The notes beneath the pieces were generated by a model. The model saw only the letters and a program-made list of their open reading frames with translations, was not told the DNA's origin and did no database searches. Positions 34,862 to 43,784 of a DNA stretch of 64,000 nt are shown here, piece after piece. How positions within the stretch are numbered: position 1 is the first letter of the stretch; each line of letters starts with the position of its first letter. The stretch covers positions 3,030,656-3,094,655 of the forward strand of contig OZ242195.1 in NCBI GenBank assembly GCA_965205975.1. The letters run 5' to 3'. Made by a program: the position numbers and the translations under genes. This DNA comes from Candidatus Latescibacterota bacterium. Its GTDB lineage: Bacteria; Latescibacterota; UBA2968.

Positions 34862-37354
34862 CTAACCATGTGGCAAATAATATTCGTGAAGTTGCTCTTT
34901 CGCTATGCCCTTTGCGATCAGACCATCAACATAATCGCTATCATAACCCAACTCCCCGAGAATCTCCCTCGTATGCGCTCCCTGTTTGGGACAAGCGTAA
35001 AGCAATTGAACAGGCGCATTCTTCAAACGCACATAAGCGGGCGGCGCGAGATCGACAGCACTGCCAGCCGGATGATCTGTAAAACGAACAATAGAAATGG
35101 ATCGCCCATCGTCCCATGTGTCCAACAGATCGTCACACACCTCGTGCAAAAACATCTCGCGAATATCTTCCAGCGAATCAATGCGGTGCCCGGCCAGACC
35201 CACCTCGTTAAAAACTTTAACCCAATGGGCCACATCGCGTTTTTTGATCTCACCCTCTAAAAATTCGCCAGCATCTTCATCGGGTGTATTCTCCAACCCC
35301 GCAACACACCTCAACTTACCCATCTCATGTTCCAACCCACCCAGGAAAACCCAGCCATCGCGCGCGCGATACATGCGGTGAAGCGCGTGTTCACCAACAG
35401 CATCCTGTCCCGCTGGCTCATCGCCCGAGCACCCGGCTTCGCAAGCATACATAAAAGGCGCCTGCACGAGTTGCCCCCCCTGCGCGAGCGACGTCGTCAC
35501 AAAATCGCCGCCATCGGGCACGCCGCTGCGCCTGCGCTTGAGCAACGCCAGCACCGCGCCATAAGTAGCCGAATATCCCGTAATATAATCGATACACGAC
35601 GCCCAACCGTGCAACACCGGTCTCTTGCCCTCACCACCATAGCGCATCTGTATCCCCGTCGATCCCTGAAGCAGAGGATCAAAACCCGGTCGATTCATCC
35701 ACGGTCCCGGGCGCGGACCATTAAACGCCGTCAAATTGAGATACACAATATCGGGTTTACACCGCTTAACAGCATCGTAGTCAATACCCAAACTTTGCGC
35801 AACCCCGGGCCGGAAATTGTGAACAATAACATCGGCTGTCTCAACCAACTTCATAAAAGCCGCCCTGCCAGCCTCGTCTTTCAAATTCAAAATCACACTG
35901 CGCTTCCCGGGACTAACTTCCAGAGGAAACCAACTGGAAATGCGCGGACCAAAATAAGGCTCCGGCGGATCAATCTTAATAACCTCCGCACCGTATTCCG
36001 CCAGCGTACGCGCACTGGCTGGTCCCGCGAGCACATTGGACAAATCCAAAACGCGAATACCTTCCAAAATGGGTTTTGCTGGCGAAGTAGCCTCTGTGGA
36101 TTTTGATTCACCGCCACCTGCAAAAGATCCATCTGCGTTCATCTGCGTCATCTGCGTCATCTGCGGATACGCTTCTAACGGCCTCGACGGCCTGGGAATC
36201 GCGCATTCATCCGGCGTCTTGGCAAGCCACGTCTGCACGCCGAGTTGCCGCATCGGACCATACTCGGGATCATCAACCACAACAGTCAAAGCCGCTTCTT
36301 CGGTCTCGGATTTGTGCAACCACTCCTGTGCCGTACGCTGAATCGTACACGGCACGCCAGCAGCCGTCAAAACATCGACCCAGTGTTGTGCAGGTTCACT
36401 CGCCAGCACACTTTCAATTTTTTCCCGCGCTTTGAGATTCCATTCACGAGACAAATGGGATGAATCGGGAATATTATTCGTCAGATGCAGATTCTCATAC
36501 ACGGGCACATCGACCATACCCTCTGCGATCAAATCATCGTACACCTCCAGCGCCTTGACCAGTGACCGACTATTTCGAGAATGTCCAGCCGCAATAATAT
36601 AAAGCCATTGCCCATCGCCTGCCCGAAACGTGCCACTAAAAGGCGACCCCGCACGACTGCGTTGTTTCTGACGACCAACATTAGACGGGCCGCCATATCG
36701 CGCGGGCTTGTCCGCCACATCCAGCATAATAACCGCCATAGCAGACATCGCCGCACCAACCAGAGAAACCTCGATCACATCGCCGCGCCCGCTCTCTTCA
36801 CGCGCATACAGCGCAAGCGTAACAGCGATAGCACCGTGAATCGCCCCATAAGTCGAACCCAACGGCATCGGCGTATAAACAGGTGGCAAATCCGGTCTTC
36901 TACTTTGAAGATCTGTATATTGACCTATAGCCGCGCTGATAATACCTTCAAATGCGCGAATCGACGCTCTGTCATCCGTCGAAGCAAAACCCGGCAAAGA
37001 GAGATAAATCAACCCCGGATTCAGCGTAGTCATCTCTTCGGCTCCCAAACCCAATCGCTGCATAACGCCCGGGCGGAAATTTTCAATAACCACATCCGCC
37101 GAACGGATTAACTTCACCGCAGTCGCGAGATCATCTGCATTTTTCAGATCGAGCGCGATGCGCTGTTTGCCCCGATTAAAAACGCCATTTGCCGGCGTAT
37201 CCCAATCCGGCTTACCCGGCCGATCCACCTTAATCACCTCGGCACCCTGATCTGCGAGCAACATCCCCGTCAAAGGCCCGGCAATATAATGACCGAAATC
37301 GACAACGCGGATCCCGGTCAACGGCACTTGTTTATCGCGTTCTGGATTCATCAA
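34862..37354 (-). CDS. Tandem (two-domain) CoA-transferase family III (CaiB/BaiF) protein.
   Basis: Two complete family-III CoA-transferase units. Their N-termini are LTGIRVVDFGHYIAGPLTGMLLADQGAEVIKVDRPG and LEGIRVLDLSNVLAGPASARTLAEYGAEVIKIDPP. The inter-domain linker ...AYPQMTQMTQMNADGS... is encoded by the (CATCTGCGT)n tandem repeat at 36130-36172. Confidence 0.8.
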   Translation of the reverse strand: MMNPERDKQVPLTGIRVVDFGHYIAGPLTGMLLADQGAEVIKVDRPGKPDWDTPANGVFNRGKQRIALDLKNADDLATAVKLIRSADVVIENFRPGVMQRLGLGAEEMTTLNPGLIYLSLPGFASTDDRASIRAFEGIISAAIGQYTDLQSRRPDLPPVYTPMPLGSTYGAIHGAIAVTLALYAREESGRGDVIEVSLVGAAMSAMAVIMLDVADKPARYGGPSNVGRQKQRSRAGSPFSGTFRAGDGQWLYIIAAGHSRNSRSLVKALEVYDDLIAEGMVDVPVYENLHLTNNIPDSSHLSREWNLKAREKIESVLASEPAQHWVDVLTAAGVPCTIQRTAQEWLHKSETEEAALTVVVDDPEYGPMRQLGVQTWLAKTPDECAIPRPSRPLEAYPQMTQMTQMNADGSFAGGGESKSTEATSPAKPILEGIRVLDLSNVLAGPASARTLAEYGAEVIKIDPPEPYFGPRISSWFPLEVSPGKRSVILNLKDEAGRAAFMKLVETADVIVHNFRPGVAQSLGIDYDAVKRCKPDIVYLNLTAFNGPRPGPWMNRPGFDPLLQGSTGIQMRYGGEGKRPVLHGWASCIDYITGYSATYGAVLALLKRRRSGVPDGGDFVTTSLAQGGQLVQAPFMYACEAGCSGDEPAGQDAVGEHALHRMYRARDGWVFLGGLEHEMGKLRCVAGLENTPDEDAGEFLEGEIKKRDVAHWVKVFNEVGLAGHRIDSLEDIREMFLHEVCDDLLDTWDDGRSISIVRFTDHPAGSAVDLAPPAYVRLKNAPVQLLYACPKQGAHTREILGELGYDSDYVDGLIAKGIAKEQLHEYYLPHG
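36130..36172. repeat. Tandem 9-mer repeat (CATCTGCGT x4, then CATCTGCGGATAC) lying in-frame inside the CoA-transferase coding sequence.
   Basis: catctgcgttcatctgcgtcatctgcgtcatctgcggatacgc. On the minus strand it is translated as QMTQMTQMN in the inter-domain linker. Confidence 0.9.
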
Positions 37355-37513
37355 CTATCTCCTCAAACAAGGTCCTCTGATAACTCATTAACTGACATTA
37401 CGCATATATCGCCTGTCATCCCCATTTCATAGGCATGACAAGATATAGCGTTGCTGCGTAAGGTCAAATATATATTTTCGGAATCACCGTCGAAAACATG
37501 AGAAGTATAAACC

Positions 37514-37548
37514 AAAAAACCACGCCCAAAGGACGTGGTTTTTTATTT
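37514..37548. terminator. Bidirectional rho-independent terminator (A6-CCACGCCCAAAGGACGTGG-T6).
   Basis: GC stem with one mismatch, flanked by an A-run and a T-run. It sits just outside the left end of the IS element. Confidence 0.5.
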
Positions 37549-37619
37549 ATGAACTTGACCTGTTTTAGTTGATAACAGAATTAAACCCACTGGTCGAGTC
37601 CAAAAAGTTCTGTAAAATA

Positions 37620-38878
37620 GTAGCTCCGTGAAATAGGGGTCAGTGATTTTGTTTTAGGTACGTCATGTCCAGATAGCGTCTGCCTGTGATCCACTCATCA
37701 GACCATTCCATACACAACGCGCCGATGAGACGTTCACAAGCCTTCTGGTTGGGGAAGATCTGCACCACATCGGCACGTCTTTTGATCTCCCGGTTGAGTC
37801 TCTCCAACAGGTTGGTGGTACGAATGCGTCTTTGGTGCTGTTGTGGAAAGTGGAAGCAGGCCAGAGCATGGATAATATCCTGGTCTATCTTGTCCACGAG
37901 CTTGGGCAGTATCTCTTCATAGGTGTCCATCATAGCAGATAGGCGCGCTTGTGCAGTGGCCTGATCGGGGGCATTGAAAACGTCTTTGAGTGCTTGGGCA
38001 ACTTCGCGTTGATACTTAGGCGGTGTAATGCCTTTGACATTTCTGTGAAAATGGGTTTGACAATGCTGCCAAGAAGCCCCTTGAAAGTGTCGTTTGATGG
38101 CGTTTTGTAAGCCTTCGTGGTGGTCAGAGATAACCAGTTGCACACCCTTTAACCCACGCTTTTTAAGGTCTTTAAACAAATCCCCATACGTGGCTTCTGT
38201 CTCGGTGTGCGCCACGTCAATGGCCAAAATGTCGCGGTGCCCACTCTCTGCGATCCCAGAAACGATTAAGACGGCCTCAGAAGCGACCTGTCCTCGACTA
38301 CGGATGTGGAGATAGGTCGCATCAATGATCAGATAAGGGTATCCTTGCTCAAGGGAACGCCCCCGCCAGGCTTTAATATCTGCATCCAGGTCTTGACAAA
38401 GCTGTGAGACTTGGGACTTTGAAAAAGAGGTGCCACACAAGGCTTCTGTGATCTTTGTCACTTTGCGTGTGGAGACCCCTTGCAAATACGCCTCTTGAAG
38501 GGCAAGAATCAGTGCTTTTTCACTGCGTTGAAACCGTGAGAATAACGCACTGCTAAATCGTCCTTCCCGATCTTGAGGCACGCGCAGTTCGATACGGCCT
38601 ACGCGCGTCTTGAGGACACGAGGCTTATATCCGTTACGGTAGCCTGTCCGCTCGCCAGTTCTTTCATAAGGTTCTGCTTGTAAACACGACGTGATCTCGG
38701 CTTCCATAAACTGTTGCAGGAAGCGGGTGATGGCCTGATTGAGAAAATCAGGGTCATTCAAAAGTGCAAATTGCTCTGGCGCGGCAATTTTTATATCTTT
38801 GGGGTAAGTCATCGTAGCCTCCAAGGTTAGGGTTTATATTACTACTCACCCCTATTTTAAGATTTTTCTCGGAGCTAC
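37620..38878 (-). mobile_element. IS256-family insertion sequence (about 1.26 kb) with imperfect terminal inverted repeats.
   Basis: Left end GTAGCTCCGTGAAATAGGGGTCAG (37620-). Right end, as reverse complement, GTAGCTCCGAGAAAAATCTTAAAATAGGGGTGAG (-38878). A single mutator-type transposase ORF lies inside. No matching 8-bp target duplication is visible. Confidence 0.75.
37640..38824 (-). CDS. IS256-family (mutator-type) transposase.
   Basis: 394 aa. The N-terminal LNDPDFLNQAITRFLQQFMEAEITSCLQAEPYERT...YRNGYKPRVLKTRVGRIELRVPQDR and central DATYLHIR...VLIVSGI are characteristic of the IS256 transposase family. Confidence 0.85.
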   Translation of the reverse strand: MEATMTYPKDIKIAAPEQFALLNDPDFLNQAITRFLQQFMEAEITSCLQAEPYERTGERTGYRNGYKPRVLKTRVGRIELRVPQDREGRFSSALFSRFQRSEKALILALQEAYLQGVSTRKVTKITEALCGTSFSKSQVSQLCQDLDADIKAWRGRSLEQGYPYLIIDATYLHIRSRGQVASEAVLIVSGIAESGHRDILAIDVAHTETEATYGDLFKDLKKRGLKGVQLVISDHHEGLQNAIKRHFQGASWQHCQTHFHRNVKGITPPKYQREVAQALKDVFNAPDQATAQARLSAMMDTYEEILPKLVDKIDQDIIHALACFHFPQQHQRRIRTTNLLERLNREIKRRADVVQIFPNQKACERLIGALCMEWSDEWITGRRYLDMTYLKQNH

Positions 38879-39363
38879 GGTGACTTTTTTTCCTTTTTAC
38901 AGAAATTTAAGGACGCTATCTCCACTTCGTTGATCATGCGATAAACCACATCTCCAGATTTGTTGCGATCATAAAAACTCAATGGCAACTGGATCAAGTG
39001 GTCGAAAAGATGGCTCCTTATATCCAGCATCATGCGATTGTTTATCCAAGCAAATAGATAGTTTGAGCAAAAACCAATGATGATATTGCCGACTGTAACG
39101 CCCAGGAGCAGAAGCAAAATAAATATCAACAGCTCATAATCTTCATTTGGAAAAACATCATCAATGATAATTTTCATGATATAGGGAAAAGCCAACGAGC
39201 TAACAGTCCCCAGGATCATGAGAACAAAAACAATGCTTTGGTGTATCCAATAAGGTTTCAGAAATTTCAAGAAATGATAAAAGACATGTCCCTGCTTAGA
39301 GAGATTGAAAATGGCTGATATGACTGGTTGTTTGTTCTTCATATTCACCCGTGATGTAAACAA
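38875..39363 (-). pseudogene. Truncated ABC exporter gene. Only the N-terminal transmembrane domain fragment remains, and the reading frame runs into the IS256 right end.
   Basis: MKNKQPVISAIFNLSKQGHVFYHFLKFLKPYWIHQSIVFVLMILGTVSSLAFPYIMKIIIDDV...LPLSFYDRNKSGDVVYRMINEVE is the first about 150 aa of a type-I ABC exporter TMD. The TAG stop is formed by the IS terminal sequence ...GGAGCTAC. No ATPase domain follows. Confidence 0.7.
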
Positions 39364-39384
39364 CTCAAAGTGTGCGTATGCATA

Positions 39385-39572
39385 AGACGCTCTTTGCTCG
39401 ATAAGCTCAAGTAAACCATTCTCTCAAGCTCATATTCCCAAATGCTTGAGCTTTGAACTGTTGCCTGCCCGCGCCGTCGCACGGCAGGCAGGTCTGCCGC
39501 CAATATTCGACTTGCCAGGGTCTGTCGGCGGCTTTTTATATTTAGAAATCCGGACAAATAGATAACCGCGTA
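39385..39572. repeat. About 190-bp structured repeat, copy 1 of 3 (other copies at 43785-43993 and a shorter one at 51245-51354).
   Basis: Near-identical sequence cttgata(g/a)gctcaagtaaa(a)ccattctctca(a/g)gctca(t/c)attcccaaatgcttgagctttgaactg + ttgcctgcccgcg(c/t)cgtcgcacggcaggcagg + tctgccgccaatattcgacttgccagggtctgtcggcggcttttt. It contains GCTCAAG/CTTGAGC pairing segments, a long GC hairpin and a terminal hairpin followed by a T-run. Confidence 0.85.
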
Positions 39573-42074
39573 TCAATCCTCCCGCAGGGCATCTATTGGG
39601 CTTGCAGAGGCGACCTTCAGCGCGTGTACGAAGCCACCTAACAAGGGAAGTAGAATGCCTGCGAAAATCGCCGCTAAAATCGTCCCAACCCCAAATTGAA
39701 AACGGTAAGCAAATATCGAAAGCCACTCATCCATAAAGAAATAAGACAGCGGTAGCGCGATAACGGCGGCTACAAACCCGGGCACTGCGTAGTTTAGCAC
39801 GATCCCACTGGCTATTTTGGATGGCACAGCACCCATGACCCGTCGAATGGCAATTTCCTTTCGCCTGCGCGCCACTGCCAGAGAGATCATGCCCAGGGCA
39901 CCCATTGACGCGATGAGAACAGCGCACAAAGCCGCCCCTGAGACGATTTTGCTCCAACTGATTTCTCTGGCATAAAATTTTTGTCTTTCATCTTCTATAT
40001 AAGAAAATCTCAAGGGGTGCTCTGTTTTAAGGTCTTCCCATACGCTTGTGAGATACGTACCAAAGGCTTCGGCACTGCCCTCTCGAATCCGAATCAATAT
40101 CTCTGCCGAGAAGGCACGTTGCAAAGTTGCATCCGTGCCTACGGTGATGATCGTCGGTGAAACCTTATGGCTCAAGTCTCTAACGTGAAAATCCTTAACG
40201 ACACCCACGATGCGACCACTGACATCACTGCCAAACACGCGCGATCTTAACTTTTCTTCTGCTGGACTGATCACCTCTCCGATAGGGTCTGACAACCGCA
40301 GATGCTTTTGAAAGACTTCATTTACGATCACATCGCCAGGCATCGGATTGGGATACAATGATCTCCCCTGCAAGAGTTGCAACCCAACCGTCTCGAGAAA
40401 AGGCCCCTTCACTTGATAATAGGTGACCTCATCTATGAGATTACCATGGCTATCTTTTATCAGGACTGAGTTTGACCAACCGAACGGCAAGTTCGTCCGT
40501 GCAGAGGATGCCACGAGCGGAGACGCAGATAAAGACGCTTGCAGGCGCCCCATCTCATTTTCGGTCAACCTACCCGTTTCGAGCCTGACCAGGTTCGCAG
40601 GTTCAAAGCCCGGCTCTGCCGTAAGAACAAAAAAAGTCTGTTCAAAGATGATGATCGTGCAAAAGACAAACACCAATGTCACACCCGATTGAACAGCCAT
40701 CAATACCTTCAAAAAGGGACCAGACCTGACTACCTTTGCTGTTTTGCTCAAAACGATGAGGGCAGATACAGACGACATAAAGGTCGCCGGATAAATGGCT
40801 GTGCCCAGACCAATCAGACAGGCAAGCGAAAGAATAATGGTCGCGGTCTGAACGGGATCTACTAAAGACGTAAAGGGGGTCCGCAAAACACCTTCAAGAG
40901 GACTTGAAGCCAACTCTGCAACCATCAATCCAATAACACAAGCCAACAGGCTGTATCCAAAGCATTCGACCAATAGCTGGTATCTGAGTTGCCGCTGGTT
41001 CGCACCAAAAATTTGCCTGATGCCCAATTCTTTGGTGCGTGAATTGAACCGTGCCACGTAGAGCAACACGTAATTCAGACACGCGACAGACAGAATTAGG
41101 ACACTGATACCGCTGAGAATATATCCATACAAAGGGTTGGTGCCAGGACGCACACCTTGGCTGCCCCCCCCCGACCCACTATGACTATGATGGTGCAACT
41201 CTGTGATGGGTTGAAGTTTGGCCCTTAAGGTCTCCAAATCCCAGAACGGGTTAGCGGGGTAATTTTGGATGATCCGTGTGAGCTTTCTCTCCACTTCCTT
41301 TATGTTGGCTTCGTCTGCCAGACGTATATAATGTGTGGATGTAAAATCCCAGCCCCGTCCACCTTCTTGCTTGTCGAGAAAGGTTGACGACATACTCAAG
41401 GGCAACAGAATCTCAAAATCCAGACTTGAATTTAGGGGAGGCGTTTCCACAATGCCCTCTATTTTTACAGGGACCACTGCTTTTTTTGTCGGGTTAAAAG
41501 ATAAAGACAATTTCGGAGGTGGTTGTATCCATAACACTTGACCTACTAAATTGCCAATATTGTTGGAAAGCGTCTGAGCGAATGCGCGTGTTATTGCGAC
41601 TTGCCCTGGACGTGAGAGGAATGTACCATGAATAAGCGGGAATGAAAAAATCTCCACGAAACTCCTATCTACCAACACGACCTTATCTATATCTCTCAGA
41701 AAATCTTTGTGAGTACCTACGTGCCAAATTCTCATATCAGGATGGGAAAAGGCACCAAGTATACGGGTTGTGGCCTCGATCTCAGGAATCTCGGCAGACA
41801 TCGCCGATGCCAATGAAACTGGAAAACTGGTAGGCTCAGCTCCTGTGCCCGCCAGAGGACCCATACCTATTTGTCTGAACTTTGCCTTCCCAGTAATGCG
41901 GTATATGCGATGATGGTCTTTGTGGAACTTATCAAAGCTCCAATCATACAGGACGTAAAGCACGCAAAGATAGGTGCAGGCAATCCCTATCCCCAAACCC
42001 AGCAGGTTAATGGCGGCATACGTTTTATATTTGAGAGCATTGCGAAACCAGGTTCGGAAATAATTGAAAAGCAT
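39573..42074 (-). CDS. FtsX-like ABC-transporter permease with a MacB-like periplasmic domain, duplicated 8-TM type (paralog 2).
   Basis: 833 aa. Starts directly with TM1 MLFNYFRTWFRNALKYKTYAAINLLGLGIGIAC. There are two FtsX-type 4-TM bundles, each preceded by a large extracytoplasmic domain. About 70-75% identical to 43994..46474. Confidence 0.8.
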   Translation of the reverse strand: MLFNYFRTWFRNALKYKTYAAINLLGLGIGIACTYLCVLYVLYDWSFDKFHKDHHRIYRITGKAKFRQIGMGPLAGTGAEPTSFPVSLASAMSAEIPEIEATTRILGAFSHPDMRIWHVGTHKDFLRDIDKVVLVDRSFVEIFSFPLIHGTFLSRPGQVAITRAFAQTLSNNIGNLVGQVLWIQPPPKLSLSFNPTKKAVVPVKIEGIVETPPLNSSLDFEILLPLSMSSTFLDKQEGGRGWDFTSTHYIRLADEANIKEVERKLTRIIQNYPANPFWDLETLRAKLQPITELHHHSHSGSGGGSQGVRPGTNPLYGYILSGISVLILSVACLNYVLLYVARFNSRTKELGIRQIFGANQRQLRYQLLVECFGYSLLACVIGLMVAELASSPLEGVLRTPFTSLVDPVQTATIILSLACLIGLGTAIYPATFMSSVSALIVLSKTAKVVRSGPFLKVLMAVQSGVTLVFVFCTIIIFEQTFFVLTAEPGFEPANLVRLETGRLTENEMGRLQASLSASPLVASSARTNLPFGWSNSVLIKDSHGNLIDEVTYYQVKGPFLETVGLQLLQGRSLYPNPMPGDVIVNEVFQKHLRLSDPIGEVISPAEEKLRSRVFGSDVSGRIVGVVKDFHVRDLSHKVSPTIITVGTDATLQRAFSAEILIRIREGSAEAFGTYLTSVWEDLKTEHPLRFSYIEDERQKFYAREISWSKIVSGAALCAVLIASMGALGMISLAVARRRKEIAIRRVMGAVPSKIASGIVLNYAVPGFVAAVIALPLSYFFMDEWLSIFAYRFQFGVGTILAAIFAGILLPLLGGFVHALKVASASPIDALRED

Positions 42075-42124
42075 TGGTTACCCTTGGCAATCAAGAGACG
42101 CTTGATCTCAGCTAACTTTCGCCA

Positions 42125-43219
42125 TTAGCTGGTAGGGGTTTCAGGAGGGCCAATAAGACGATATACCCTGATCCTACCATTCGTATTCTCGTTATCTGTC
42201 GGAGATAAATACCTATATACAAACATCCCATAACAATTAAAAACATCGTTTACACCCAGTTCGTTTTTTATTTTTTCTGCATAAGGCTCTCCACTCGGAT
42301 CTGATAGAAGTATCAGAGCTGTGCTATTTGATGAATCATTGAATAGATATCTGAGCAACATATCTCCCGAAGATAAGAGATGCATGCCGTTCAAGCGGCT
42401 GAAATTGTGTATATCACTTGCCAATTCTTTCTGAGTTTTGCTATCGTCCATTTTAAAGCGAATAAACTTAGGCTGACTCATGGTAATGGGCTTAAGAAAA
42501 CGTTGTGTTATCAAATCAATTCGCATAACCTTCTCTTCCCAGGGCAGGACAAAGTGTATGATTTTTCGCGCTTCGTCATAAGCAAGCCCTTGAAAACGCT
42601 GCAACATAAAAAATAGGTCCATGTATTGTGCATCACAGACTTTGAACTTTACGATATCTTTACCTGTTTCAAGTGAGGTGACGCAAAGCATACCGTTTTT
42701 GTCTTTGTCAACGTAAGTATGAATAAAGTTTTGATCTTCAGAAACCATCATGCGATTAATGAAACGTCTCTCCGGCAGTTTCAATTGTCCTAAAAATTCA
42801 CCTTTGATCGAGAATCGAAGAATCTGCCCGGCTCCCGCATCGTAGATCAGCATTTGGTCGGTATTCGGTATCATTGTTGGCTCTCGCGGTATCTTGTACT
42901 GGCCTTCCATACCCCCTCGGTTGCCGATAGACCACTTGTAGTTACCCTCTCTGTCAAAAACTTCGACACTCCTTCTCAAGCCATCTAAAACAATGATATA
43001 GTCCTTCACAACTGTGATAGAACTTACTACCCCAAGTCCTGGCCTCATCTCCGGGAATTCGAGTGTAATCTCGTCAACCAATGAAAGTTGCGTTCCTTGC
43101 GCTTGCTTAAGGACGACCTCTTCTTGCTGGTTTTCAACAGCACTTTTTTCGCAACTTCCAAAGATAAGAAAGAAGAGTGCCATCAATCTCACAGGGGCTA
43201 ATAACTTTTTTCGATTCAT
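42125..43219 (-). CDS. 6-bladed beta-propeller lipoprotein (paralog 2).
   Basis: Lipobox LIFGSC. Repeated about 45-aa blade-like units (VVKDYIIVLD...VFDREGNYKW...). Paralogous to 46525..47652. Confidence 0.6.
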   Translation of the reverse strand: MNRKKLLAPVRLMALFFLIFGSCEKSAVENQQEEVVLKQAQGTQLSLVDEITLEFPEMRPGLGVVSSITVVKDYIIVLDGLRRSVEVFDREGNYKWSIGNRGGMEGQYKIPREPTMIPNTDQMLIYDAGAGQILRFSIKGEFLGQLKLPERRFINRMMVSEDQNFIHTYVDKDKNGMLCVTSLETGKDIVKFKVCDAQYMDLFFMLQRFQGLAYDEARKIIHFVLPWEEKVMRIDLITQRFLKPITMSQPKFIRFKMDDSKTQKELASDIHNFSRLNGMHLLSSGDMLLRYLFNDSSNSTALILLSDPSGEPYAEKIKNELGVNDVFNCYGMFVYRYLSPTDNENTNGRIRVYRLIGPPETPTS

Positions 43220-43556
43220 GAGGATAATCCTTTCTTATCGTTGGCTCGGTGCCCCCAGTCTGTTTACCGAGAACACCAAGCCAATCTTGAGCCTATCAAG
43301 CTCGGTTGCACACTTTTTTCTATGATTAAGATCAGCAATTAAGAGTACACCTAAAGCTCACTCAGAAGAAAGAAGCCAGTCTAAAGTTCATAGAAAAGAA
43401 AAATGATCGAATTCACTTGAGATAGAACTTTTGCCCAGAGATGTGTGGGTATCTGTCAATCCAGGCGACTTCGATTCTTTTTATGAATTAGCAATACCTT
43501 AGACTGAATGATGGGTAGCTAAAGATGCTCTCAAGCATCAGAGATTCCAGCGCTAA

Positions 43557-43766
43557 CTAGCCGCACGTAATAGTCTCCTCGTCATTATAGAAAATGTGAA
43601 GGCAGCTAGTATCGCACGTCACACTTCCCTCACATTGAATACAATCAAAGTAATGTGCTCCGTAAGAGTCTGTAAACCAATAATCAAGGCGGCTTCCACT
43701 GCCCTCATATCCATAGATACGCGGAGAAGACAGCCGAGACTGCACAGGCTTTGTCAAAGTTTTCAT
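43557..43766 (-). CDS. Small Cys-rich peptide (69 aa), putative precursor/bacteriocin-like peptide (paralog 2).
   Basis: MKTLTKPVQSRLSSPRIYGYEGSGSRLDYWFTDSYGAHYFDCIQCEGSVTCDTSCLHIFYNDEETITCG. Strong RBS AAGGAGGTGATA. The N-terminal about 25 residues are conserved with the peptide at 47826..48023, and the C-terminal part is divergent and Cys-rich. Confidence 0.6.
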   Translation of the reverse strand: MKTLTKPVQSRLSSPRIYGYEGSGSRLDYWFTDSYGAHYFDCIQCEGSVTCDTSCLHIFYNDEETITCG

Positions 43767-43784
43767 AGTATCACCTCCTTTCCT

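Noticed and set aside
39430-39726. 98-aa ORFs at 39430..39726 and 43851..44147 (nearly identical proteins) overlapping the 3' ends of the FtsX permease genes.
   Set aside because: They lie entirely within the two copies of the ~190-bp structured repeat plus the permease 3' ends, on the same strand but out of frame. Their identity reflects the DNA repeat and does not indicate a conserved protein.
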